DNA from: Malacoraja senta
Taxonomy: Eukaryota
Direction of reading: 5' to 3'
Length of the DNA stretch: 35,220 nt
NCBI GenBank assembly: GCA_038087875.1
Contig: JAXLNO010000307.1
Location: 1 to 35,220, forward strand
In this document: positions 11,246 to 22,621 of the stretch, piece after piece
How positions within the stretch are numbered: the first letter of the stretch is position 1
How the letters are laid out: every line of letters begins with the position of its first letter
The notes under the pieces: model-generated
What the model saw: the letters and a program-made list of their open reading frames with translations, nothing else
Told to the model about the DNA's origin: nothing
Database searches by the model: none
Made by a program: the position numbers and the translations under genes

Positions 11246-11336
11246 GGGGAAGTTTTTAAAAAAAAGAAAGAAAAAAAAATGTTCGTCACGGACTTGAAGG
11301 GCCGAGATGGCCTGTTTCCGTGCTGTTATGGTTATA

Positions 11337-12037
11337 CATCAGTGATTGAAAGTAGGCATGCAGGTGCAGCAGGCAGTGAAGAAAGCGAATGGTATGTTAG
11401 CATTCATAGCAATAGGATTTGAGTTTAGGAGCAGGGAGGTTCCACTGCAGTTGTACAGGGTCTTGATGAGACCACACATGGAGAATTGCGTACAGTTTTG
11501 GTCTCCTAATCTGAGGAAATACATTCTTGCCATCGAGGGAGTACAGAGAAGGTTCACCAGACTGATTCCTTGGATGGCAGGACTTTCATAAGAAGAAAGA
11601 CTGGATAGACTCGGCTTGTACTCGCTAGAATTTAGAAGATTGAGGGGGGATCTTATAGAAACTTACAAAATTCTTAAAGTGTTGGACAGGCTAGATGCAG
11701 GAAGATTGTTCCCGATGTTGGGGAAGTCCAGAATAAGGGGTCACACAGTTTAAGGATAAGGGGGAAGTCTTTTAGGACCGAGATGAGAAAAAAACATATT
11801 TCACACAGAGAGTGGTGAATCTGTGAAATTCTCTGCCACAGAAGGTAGTTGAGGCCAGTTCATTGGCTATATTTAAGAGGGAGTTAGATGTGGCCCTTGT
11901 GGATAAATGGATCAGGGGGTATGGAGAGAAGGCAGGTACAGGATACTGAGATGGATGATCAGCCATGATTGTATTGAATGGCGGTGCAGGCTCGAAGGGC
12001 CGAATGGCCTCCTCCTGCACCTATTTTCTATGTTTCT
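11337..12037 (+). mobile_element. CR1-type LINE 3' fragment
   Basis: ORF 11346..11591 and following CR1 motifs; TTTTCTATGTTTCTA tail. Confidence 0.92.
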
Positions 12038-12302
12038 ATATTTGTTTATATTTCTTCCTCTCACATGCAGTATATGAGATTATCTGGCCTCGAAGGCAGG
12101 CATAAAGAGCCTCCCAGGTCGTCGCTAAGTGCATGTTCAGAATATTATTAATTTCCATAAAGGTGTCTATTTCTTGAGAAATATATATTTTGAGGGACTC
12201 CCTAGATAGCAACGGAGGATCAACCTGCCAAGTGCGTCGAGGTCTCGGGCAGTCCAGGCAGCCTATATCTCGTTGCACAGGGCTGTGGTCAAAAATAACA
12301 AT
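12038..12302 (-). mobile_element. L1-clade ORF2 internal fragment (end of endonuclease and linker)
   Basis: IVIFDHSPV..WQVDPPLLS..YISQEI..WEALYACLRGQIISY matches the fish-type L1 pattern SDHSP..W.L...LL..WE..KA.LRG.IISY. Confidence 0.8.
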
Positions 12303-13395
12303 ACTTTCTCTCTTCTTAATGATGTTCCAAACAGTTGATTTGGGTAAGCCTAAGGTTTGGCTGATGTCTCCAACAGTTTTATTCTTGTTTCTCAGTCTCA
12401 TAATGGCTTCTTTCACTTTCATTGGCACAACTTTGGTCCTCATGTTGATAAACAGCACTAAAGGTTTCCAAAGGTGATGGAAAGACTAGAGGAAAGACTA
12501 GGTGCTGAGAGCTCTCTTATACCTGCATCAAGTCACGTCAAGTCACATTTATTTATATAGCACATTTAAAAAACAACTCTCCTTGGCCAAAGTGCTTTTG
12601 TTATAAGAATAGTATAAACAAACAAACTACATACATATATACTTATAGTCCTCGCTCAGAGGACGTCAAGAAAGGCTTGGGAGTATAGATAATTTTTTAG
12701 TCTTGACTTAAAGGAGTCGATGGAGGGGGCAGTTCTGATGGGAAAGGGGATGCTGTTCCACAGTCTAGGAGCTGCAACCGCAAAGGCGCGGTCGCCCCTG
12801 AGCTTATGCCTAGACCGCGGGATATTCAGCAACCCCAAGTCGGCCGATCTGAGGGGCCTGGAGGTGGAGTGGTGGGTGAGAAGACTTTTAATGTAGGTGG
12901 GGGCAAGCCCATTGAGGGCTTTGTAGACATAGAGGAGGATCTTAAAATGTAGACGGAACCGCACAAGGAGCCAGTGGATCGGGGTGATGTGGTCCCTTTT
13001 TCGGGTGCCCGTCAGGAATCTCGCTGCAGCGTTTTGGACCAGTTGCAGGCGGGACAGGGAAGATTGGCTGATGCCAGTGTAAAGGGAGTTGCAGTAATCT
13101 AGGCGGGAGGAGATGAATGTGTGGATGATCTTTTCGAGATCATCAAAGTGTAGGAATTGTTTTATTTTAGCTATCGTCCGAAGGAGGCAATCAAACACAC
13201 CCGAGCAATTCCAAACTCCGTGTGTCGCAAACATTGTGGTGCCTTGAAATGGAGGAACTATGCATAAACACAGCTGCAATTTCTACATGTTGAAATCAAG
13301 ATGTATAAAAATACCCTTTAATAAAACCTGACAATGTGCACTTTAACCACATGTGATTTTTTTCTATTACAAATCTCAAATTGTGGAGTACAGAG
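12303..13395 (-). mobile_element. Tc1-like DNA transposon relic (5' non-coding region and N-terminal HTH), split by an L2
   Basis: ATG at 12443 gives MRTKVVPMKVKEAIMRLRNKNKTVGDISQTLGLPKSTVWNIIKK, a Tc1 paired-like HTH; the AT-rich upstream part resumes at about 13181. Confidence 0.8.
12529..13180 (-). mobile_element. L2-clade LINE 3' fragment
   Basis: ISSRLDYCNSL..LQLVQNAAAR..HITP..HWL..GDRAFAVAAPRLWNSIP..FKSRLK; tail ATAAATAAATGTGACTTGAC on minus. Confidence 0.92.
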
Positions 13396-13399
13396 ACAG

Positions 13400-14963
<1,564 letters not shown>

Positions 14964-14964
14964 G

Positions 14965-15183
14965 TCTGACTCCATCAAAACGATAGCAGGCAGCCTTGGA
15001 TGCCTAACCTCCTTAGTCAAACCGCATGTCAAAAAATTGGCGTGATATTTGACTCCGCATTGAAGTTTGACAAGGAAGTCAACGCTGTGGTAGAAGTTGG
15101 ATTCTTCCAGCTTCGTACAATAGCTAAAACCAAATCCTTCCTCAAATTCGACGACATTGAAAAAAAACATCCACGCATCCACG
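14965..15183 (+). mobile_element. L2-clade internal fragment
   Basis: [44 protein letters not shown] overlaps the start of the 12529-13180 copy. Confidence 0.8.
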
Positions 15184-15295
15184 CTGCTCCCGTCCGGCTA
15201 AAGGTACAGAGGCTTGAACGCGCGCACCACCACACTAAGAAACCTCTTTTCCCCTCTGCTATTATGTTTCCTGTCGGTCCTTCCACAAGCCATGA
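15184..15295 (+). mobile_element. Decayed Rex1/Babar-like 3' fragment
   Basis: LLPSG..YRGLNARTTTLRNLF(F)PSAI resembles the LPSG.RYRS...RT.RL.NSFFP.AI motif. Confidence 0.5.
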
Positions 15296-15340
15296 GTACG
15301 CGATTCACCACTTCCCCAACGTGGACAGCTGACTTGGTCT

Positions 15341-15673
15341 TTAGTTTTATTTAGTTTTAGTTTTAGAGATGCAGCACAGAAAAAGTCCCTTCGGCCCACC
15401 GTGTCGGCGCCGACCAGCGATCCCCGCACATTAACACTATTCTACTCCCAATAGTGACCATTTTTACATTTTCCCCAAGTCAATTAACCTAGAAACCTGT
15501 ACGTCTTTGGAGTGTGGGTAGATACCGAAGATCTCGGAGAAAACCCACGCAGGTCACGGGGAGAACGTACAAACTCCGTACAGACAGCACCCGTAGTCGG
15601 GATCGAACCCGGGTCTCCGGCGCTGCATTCGCTTAAAGGCAGCAACTCTATCGCTGCACCACCGTGACCGCCC
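15341..15673 (-). mobile_element. Full-length tRNA-derived V-SINE (HE1-like)
   Basis: Minus 5' GGGCGGTCACGGTGGTGCAGCGATAG (A box), GGTTCGATCCC (B box), V-domain CTGCGTGGGTTTTCTCCG..CCCACACTCCAAAGACGTACAGGT, LINE-like tail and (CTAAAA)n end. Confidence 0.9.
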
Positions 15674-15942
15674 TTTTATGGGGCTAATGCGCTGCAATGC
15701 GAAGGACTAGATTCTAACAATCTTCCCTCTTGATCGGTCAAATGATCTTGTTTTTGATATGATTGTGTTTTTTTATTGTACAGCTTTTTTTGTTCCAATA
15801 ACGGGTAAAAACAAACCTTTTCGATTTAACGCAGTGCACACAAGAATAATAAACGCAAATCTGCATTCTGCACCATGGTATTATTTTCTTTACAATGTCT
15901 TGTGTACTTATGTATCGAATATAGACATATACAACTATGGGA

Positions 15943-16035
15943 TTGATTGGGGATGATCAGCCATGATCACAATGAATGGCGGTGCTGGCTCGAAGGGCCG
16001 AATGGCCTCCTCCTGCACCTATTTTCTATGTTTCA
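15943..16035 (+). mobile_element. CR1 3' UTR tail only
   Basis: GATCAGCCATGATCACAATGAATGGCGGTGCTGGCTCGAAGGGCCGAATGGCC..TTTTCTATGTTTC. Confidence 0.88.
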
Positions 16036-16214
16036 ATGCAACACAGGGAAAGGCAAAGTCTGGGTCGTACATGATGTCAAGATAAATTAATGTAATCTGC
16101 TTACTCAAATTGATGGAGCTCTCTCAGGTTTTTGCATATCCACATGCCCATACAAATGCCTCATAAACTCAATTGATACTAACAGCCTCCACCACCGACA
16201 CGAGAAGAACATTT

Positions 16215-16482
16215 CAATAGACAATAGAACATAGGTGCAGGAGCAGGCCATTTGGCCCTTCGAGCCAACACCGCCATTCAATGTGATCATGGCTGATCAT
16301 CCCCAATCAGTACCCGGTTCCTGCCTTCTCCCCATAATCCTCTGACTCCGCTATTTTTAAGCCCTATCTAGCTCTCTCTTGAAAGATTCCAGAGAACCGG
16401 CCTCCACCGCCCTCTGAGGCAGAGAATTCCACAGACTCACCACTCTCTGTGAGAAAACGTGTTTCCTCGTCTCCGTTCTAAA
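16215..16482 (-). mobile_element. CR1-type LINE 3' fragment (CAATAGA tail variant)
   Basis: Reverse complement of the CR1 3' end with a distinct tail repeat. Confidence 0.85.
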
Positions 16483-16922
16483 GAAATTCAGGCATCGGTC
16501 ATCCTCTACATATAGAAACATGCCCCACACATCTCAATTGAACTTTGCCCTCTTCCATCCCGCCTTTGCATTATCACCAACATGCTAACATTTCAACGCC
16601 CTCTCCAAATCCTTTGCAGCCTGCAGCGGGGGGCAGTTCAGTACTCAATGGGTCAGACAACATTTGTGATGCGGATAGACAGGCGTTGTTTCTCGATGGG
16701 CTATTCCCCAGATCTTCATGGTTCCGATACAAAACACCGTCTGTCCATTCCCTGCACAGTTTCTACTCGACTCGCAGATTTGCTCCATCAATTTGTGTTT
16801 TCCACGCATTGTTTACGTCGGCTTCAGATCATCTGCGGCAAATCTAACGTCGTCAGATATGATGAGAAATGCAGCCGTCAACAGAATGACAGAAAAGGTA
16901 TGTCATAGCGCGAAGTTTGCCA

Positions 16923-17222
16923 GTGCGTGTCCCACTGTACGAGGTAATTCAAGAGCTCTCCCGAGTGAAAAAAAATCAAACTCGTGGTAAGCACGTAGAA
17001 TGTACGTAGCGGGTACGTCGGAGCTCGGGACGTCTCTCAGCGGCTCGTACCGATAACGGCAGGTACTCGGGAAACGCGGTAAGCTCGTGAAGATTTTTCA
17101 ACATGTTGAAAAATGTTCACGGGAGCCCCGAGTACCTACGAGCGGCTATTACCGTAAGTCTCCGAGTTCGAATCAGGGGAAACTCGGGAGAACTCTTGAA
17201 TTAGCTCGTACAGTTGGACAGG
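16923..17222. mobile_element. Harbinger-type MITE, decayed
   Basis: TGTCCCACTGTACGAGGTAATTCAAGAGCTCTCCCGAG is inverted to CTCGGGAGAACTCTTGAATTAGCTCGTACAGTTGGACA; related to 28483-28809. Confidence 0.75.
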
Positions 17223-17268
17223 AAGAAAGGGGGAACAGGACAGAAAACGATGGGTGGAGATAAATCTA

Positions 17269-17581
17269 TGTACGAGGTAATTCAAGAGTTCGCCCGAGTT
17301 TTCCCCTGATTCGAACTCGGAGAATGTCCGCAACGGGTCGGTAGAAGTTCGTGGATGTCTCGTGGCGATTCGTGCGAGTATTTTTTTTACTCGTGGACAT
17401 TTTCCACAGTGTTGAAAAAACGTCACGAGTTTACCGGATTTCCAGAGAACCTACCGTTGGCATAACGAGCCGCTACGAGACATCCACGAACTCCTACGGA
17501 CCCGCTACGTACATTCTCCGAGTTCCAATCAGGGGAACACTCGGGAGAACTCTTGAATTACATCGTACAGTGGGACAGGGG
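17269..17581. mobile_element. Harbinger-type MITE, left tip lost
   Basis: Long inverted arms TGTACGAGGTAATTCAAGAGTT..AACTCGGAGAATG and CATTCTCCGAGTT..CTCTTGAATTACATCGTACAGTGGGACAGG. Confidence 0.75.
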
Positions 17582-18202
17582 ATCATGCTTCTCCTGTCGC
17601 TCTCTCTTGGCGGAGACAAGGGCTCAAGGAAAGAGCGTTCACATCACGGCCCCTGTTTCCACCAACATTTCCACCACCACGCACAAGGAGCACAAGAAGC
17701 ACAAGAAGCGACAAGACAGTCACCATTGTATGCAGATGCCGAGAAGTGCGTTCAGCTCTGGCTGAACGACTTCTAATCTTGTGTGTGGACTCGATAAAAA
17801 GAAAGCGGAGACACGCCCAAAACAGTGTCTCTCAATTTCGACGGTGAATTTTCTAAAAACAGTGCACACGGCTATTTACATTGATTCGTTCCTGAGCTTC
17901 TGGTTCTTGCCCTGTTGTGTTGCCTGCGAGCCAATGACAGTCAGCAGATCAGAATATCACTAAGGTACAGAACACCATCCGGTTTTACATTCTTTCGCGA
18001 CTTCCCATTCAAAACGAAATTCAAAAAAATTCTTCCGGACGATGTGCTTGTAATTAGCTCTTATCCACACTGGATTAATTTATGGATTAACTTATCGGAT
18101 CATGTTATCCCACTGACGGCGAGGAGTTCCCCCCGCTTCTCAGGTTAAGTCCCGCATCCTGCAGACGTGCTGGAGTGAAACAGTCGCGATATTTAAAAGA
18201 CC

Positions 18203-18618
18203 AGTCAGTCAGTCGGTCAGTCAATTTTATTTGTATCGCACATTTAAAAACATCTCACGTTGACCAAAGTGCTGTAGACCAGAGCAGATACTAATGTGCT
18301 ACATACAATGGTACACAGAGCTAACAATACATACACAAATTGTTTACAGCGCCCCCTCAGAGGGCCTCAAAAACGCTATTGGGTAGAAATAGGTGTTGAC
18401 CCTCGATTTAAAGAAGTCGATGGCGGGGGTAGTTCAGATGAGGAGAGGGATGCTGTTCAACAGTCTAGGTGCTGCAACCGCAAAAGCGCGGTCGCCCCTG
18501 AGCTTAAACCGAGACCGCGAGATTGTCAGTTGCCCCAAGTCGGCCGACCTGAGGGACCTGGTGGTAGAATGGTGGGTTAGAAGATTTTTTATATAGGAGG
18601 GGGCAAGCCCGTTAGGGT
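18203..18618 (-). mobile_element. L2-clade LINE 3' fragment with internal deletion
   Basis: NGLAPSYIKNLLTHHSTTRSLRSADLG..GDRAFAVAAPRLLNSIP; (GACT)n tail on minus. Confidence 0.88.
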
Positions 18619-18911
18619 GATTGGACGGGTGCATTTATAGGAAAGGTTAAAATGAATGTCGGGGAATCGCGGGCAAATCGGACTCGCGTTGACGGCGCAT
18701 CTCGGTTAGCAGAGATGAATTGAGCCAAAGTGACAGATTCAGTGATGTATGATTCTATAACTTCTACGAGTGATGGTTCAAATGGCCATTGCAAGCTGTT
18801 CCGTGTGAGTATGTGCGTAGTGGAGATTCTGGGCAGTTGAATGGGAATATTGGGAAGGACAATCACTGATGGGAGCAAATGTATGTTGAACTATCGGCGT
18901 GGATCAGAGGG

Positions 18912-19816
18912 TCAAGGACGTACAAGTGCACGAATTGCACTCACTGGCAATTTAACCGCGTTGATCAGCTCAGCCCTGAATTTACTCTGGGTCACCACGT
19001 AAATACATGTGTTGGTGCAGGTACTGAGCAGCTGCAGGAACCCCGACGTGACCGCTGTGATATAGTAATAACCGGTGGGGGAGCCGTCATATCGCAACTT
19101 CGCAATACCCGTGAAGATGTAAAATATGGCCTGTGTTGCCCACAGCAGGACGAAAGTGCTCGTGATACTGAAGAGTAAAACAATGGATTTCCTGCGGTTC
19201 TCCATCTCCGGGTCCTTGTCATTCACTCCGTTGCTTTTTCCCCGGAGCCCCCTGCGGACTCTGCTGGCCGCTACAATCCGCCTGACCGTCAGCACATTGA
19301 GCAGAAGGATCAGAAAGAACGGGATACAAGGGGTTAGGACGCGATGTGTGACAGCATATGCGATCCATGCAGATGACGTATAGTAGGTGGGTTTGGTGTA
19401 ACAATCCCAGGGAAGATTATCAAACACGTAGCCAGGTTCTACCGTAAAACACCGCGGGACGTTCTCTAAACAGCCCAGCACACTCACTGCCCCGATAATC
19501 ACAGCCGCCGTTCTCTCTGTGCAATATCTTGTTTTCAGCTTCTCACAACAAATAGCCACAAACCGATCGAAAGTGAAGGCGACCGTCAGCCAGACAGAGA
19601 CAGCGGTGGATGCAAAGACCAGGAATGAGATAGTCGTGCACACGGGTGTAATGTTCAGCAACGAATACGGGAAGTGAACTAGAATAGTCTTACGGAGAAA
19701 CGGATCGGTGATGCCGACCAGGAGATCAGACGCTGCCATGGCCACCAGGTAGACAGTGATGCATTTGGAGAGACCGCATTTACCTCGACAGAGAATCACA
19801 ATCGCCAGCAAGTTCA
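18912..19816 (-). CDS. GPR139-like: Exon 2 of class A orphan GPCR, GPR139/GPR142-like (324 aa spliced)
   Basis: Seven-TM pattern: N1.50 VNLLAIVIL, TM2 MAASDLL, C3.25 TPVC, TM3 FTFDRFVAIC, ECL2 WDC, TM5 LTPCIPF, TM6 FVLLW, TM7 TNTCIY. Acceptor TTCTCTCTCTCACAG ends at 19817; stop TGA at 18914-18912. The first 20 aa of the track ORF are intronic. Confidence 0.93.
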
Positions 19817-21281
19817 CTGTGAGAGAGAGAAGAGATATTACTGACATAAGCCCCGCACAAAAGTATCTGCGGGACATTCTCTGATTGGAAGGTTTTCAAA
19901 CTTCAAATTTGGTTGTCCAAATGACCTTTAGCCCAGACCACGTTCAGAGACTACAGCCTTTAGACCACGGTGTCCACGCACATCATCAAACACCAATGTA
20001 TATTACGTTCACCACTTTTAATACTGCCCATATTCTTCTGAACTGTCTCCAGATTGTAGCATCCATCTACACTGTCCCATGGACAGTAGTTACAGAAACC
20101 ATTAATAGGCAGGTCAATTGCATGTGGGAGGAAACATGCGCACAGCCAAGATTAGCGTGGAGTCGGAGGACGAACGATGAAACATTGCTCATAAAGCACG
20201 GGAGGGTGGAGATTGAACCTGCGTCTCCGGAACTGTGTGGCACCGGCAGTCAGGCACGGAAATCGCTATTAAAACATGGAGGGGGGGGGCGGTAACATCG
20301 GAAGCTGACCTGGTTGGTGACGGACTCCGAAATCCAGCAACAGCAGCTTCGCCCGCCGCGAATGGTGGGGCTTGAATCGGTCCGTTCACGGGACCTTTCA
20401 TCGGCCGGCGGGGGCTTCAACATCGGGAGGCTCGATCGCCTGGATCCAGCAGTTTGATTTTCAGCCGCGCCGAGCGATGAAAGGCCCCGCGAACTGGCCG
20501 ATTCAGCCTTTAGAAAGCGTCTGATAAATTCCGGATTACAAAACATAGTTGGAATTGTGCCCCACCTCTCAAAGCACCGGAATTTCCGCCCATGCAGGCA
20601 GTACTGACTGCGGCACGGTGGCGAGGATGTACAGATACATCTGCGGATATAAACTCGAATTTACAGATCGTCCGAAGCAGAATATATCAAAATACATAAC
20701 ATTAACTGATATAAAATTACGTGACAGCATCTGTTTACATCTGAGTTAACATCTGAGTTTACATCATAGTAAAGTCGTGACACCTTCATAGAGTCAGATC
20801 CCAGCTCGTGACATTCACTTGCTTTATCTCATGAGCTGTAGCATTACAGGTCTAACGCGGGATTACGCTTCACGCAGCGACGATGCAGAAAATATATCGA
20901 TTATATATTCAGTTAAGCAGGTTTGTCCGATTGGGAACACATGTCATTTCACTAACTCGTTTCAGACTCTCCACGGAAGGAACCCAAGTTGCCATTCTCA
21001 CAGCTCCTGACCAACATACCAGGGTGTGATTATCTGATACCTGCTCGCTGGTCAGGGCTCTGGCCGGCGCAATCAGTACAGACAGTGATCCAGGCCAGGA
21101 TAAACAACGGGCATGACGTACACATTGCGGCAGTTACAGTAGGAACATGGATGTCTAACCAAATTAAACAAGTGAATTATTGAAACACAAACAATGTTTG
21201 TTTAACGTCGGCACCGCCGGAGTTTACGGAATGTCTCACAGCTAATGCGCGTACATGAAAATCAGAGACAAACCAAATTAC

Positions 21282-21351
21282 CGAAAACAGCGACAGCCGC
21301 TATTGTTGGGTTATATATATCTTGAATTCGATAGATCAATGGATATCCCAT
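21282..21351 (-). CDS. GPR139-like: Exon 1 of the same GPCR (MGYPLIYRIQDIYNPTIAAVAVF plus 1 nt)
   Basis: GCT-ATG-G Kozak context at 21351; 70 nt ending TTC G|GTAATT. The phase-1 G joins TG of exon 2 to give Val in frame and completes TM1. Intron 21281-19817, 1465 nt, GT-AG. Confidence 0.88.
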
Positions 21352-21436
21352 AGCTGGAAGACACAATTAACTCCTGTGGCTCCGTCAGTCCGTCATCGCT
21401 GTAGCTCTGTGGCGATGCCTTCTGGTGGGCACCGAG

Positions 21437-21444
21437 ATATATAG
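21437..21444 (-). promoter_or_regulatory. Candidate TATA box for the GPCR gene
   Basis: CTATATAT on minus about 85 nt upstream of the ATG, in non-repetitive sequence; position only. Confidence 0.35.
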
Positions 21445-21606
21445 AGCGATAGGTCTCCAGCGACATGACCTCATACCTGCTGATTGACATTAGTGACACT
21501 CACGGAACAAACACCTTGCGCCACAGCCATTGACTCCACCATGGGAGATGACAAGCGAATAATTTAAGGATCGAGTAAAAAAAACACTAAGCGACTCGAT
21601 GAAAAC

Positions 21607-21702
21607 AGAGTCTGAAGAATGGTCACTATCCGAAACGTCACCTATACACGTTCTCCAAAAATGTTGCCTGACCCTCTGTTACACCAGCACTTTGTGTATT
21701 TT
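21607..21702 (+). mobile_element. Penelope-derived terminal fragment with minimal hammerhead-like core
   Basis: GTCTGAAGAATGGTCACTATCCGAAACGTCACCTAT..CCAGCACTTTGTGT, homologous to the minus strand of the PLE end at 7370-8050. Confidence 0.65.
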
Positions 21703-21899
21703 TCACTGAAAACAAGAATGTATGCTTTCCAATGAAAGAATGGTCCATGACACTGTGTTATTTCATTTAATGTTGATGTGATTTCGATGGACATCTCCAG
21801 TGAACCCATCTACCATTCCAGTTTTGTTTTTTCCCCCAAAAATAAATCATCATTCATAGCATGACATCACTGATATTGCAGGACAGATGCTGAAATATT

Positions 21900-22292
21900 C
21901 ATAGAAACATAGAAACATGGACAATAGGTGCAGGAGGAGGCCATTCGGCGCTTCGAGCCAGCACCGCCATTCATTGTGATCATGGCTGATCGTCCTCAAT
22001 CACTAACCCGTGCCTGCCTTCTCCCCATATCTCTTGATTCCACTAGCCCCTAGAGCTCTATCTAACTCTCTCTTAAATCCATCCGGTGATTTGGCCTCCA
22101 CTGCCCTCTGTGGCAGGGAATTCCACAAATTCACAACTCCCTGGGTGAGAAAGTTTTTTCTCACCTCAGTTTTAAATGGCCTCACCTTTATTCTAAGACC
22201 GTGGCCCCTGGTTCTGGAATCGCCCCACATTGGGAACATTTTTTCCTGCATCTAGCTTGTCCAGTCCTTTTATAATTTTAGATGTTTCTATA
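21900..22292 (-). mobile_element. CR1-type LINE 3' fragment
   Basis: ORF 22003..22251; CATAGAAACATAGAAAC tail on +. Confidence 0.92.
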
Positions 22293-22449
22293 AAAAAATG
22301 CTGTCTCCTTTGCTCAGTCGGACTGTGCACAGTCTGACCGTGTGCTGTGTTTCGTTCAATGATGGCTTCCCTCCGTAATCTGCCACGCCCCTCCCCACCC
22401 CCTCCCCCAGAGCACACTGTGAGAGATGGCATGTGAAATTCAGTGTGAT

Positions 22450-22617
22450 TTGGTTTAAGTTAGATACAGCGTGGGAAAGATGATCTTCGGCCACTCAGAG
22501 GAAACTCACGCGGTCACAGGGCGAATGTGCACACTCACACACAGACAGCAGACGAGGGCAGGATAGAACCCAGGTCTCTGGCGTTTTGTAGCAGTAGTGC
22601 AACCAATGTGCCGCCCT
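22450..22617 (-). mobile_element. Decayed, internally deleted V-SINE
   Basis: GGAAACTCACGCGGTCACAGGGCGAATGTGCACACTC..ACAGACAGCA..GGATAGAACCCAGGTCTCTGGCG parallels 15538-15625. Confidence 0.7.
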
Positions 22618-22621
22618 TGGT

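Noticed and set aside
15590..15673. tRNA gene
   Set aside because: The A/B boxes belong to the SINE head; no cloverleaf, and it continues into the V-domain.
16545..16990. Three overlapping 90-108 aa ORFs
   Set aside because: No recognisable motifs or splice structure; one runs into the MITE.
17553..17776. ORF with HKEHKKHKKR resembling a nuclear protein exon
   Set aside because: Arises from a short CACAAGAAG repeat that looks like a retroposon tail, fused to MITE sequence; no splice support.
19817..19877. N-terminus MSRRYFCAGLMSVISLLSLT of the 321-aa track ORF
   Set aside because: It overlaps a polypyrimidine tract and AG acceptor; the upstream exon supplies a proper TM1.
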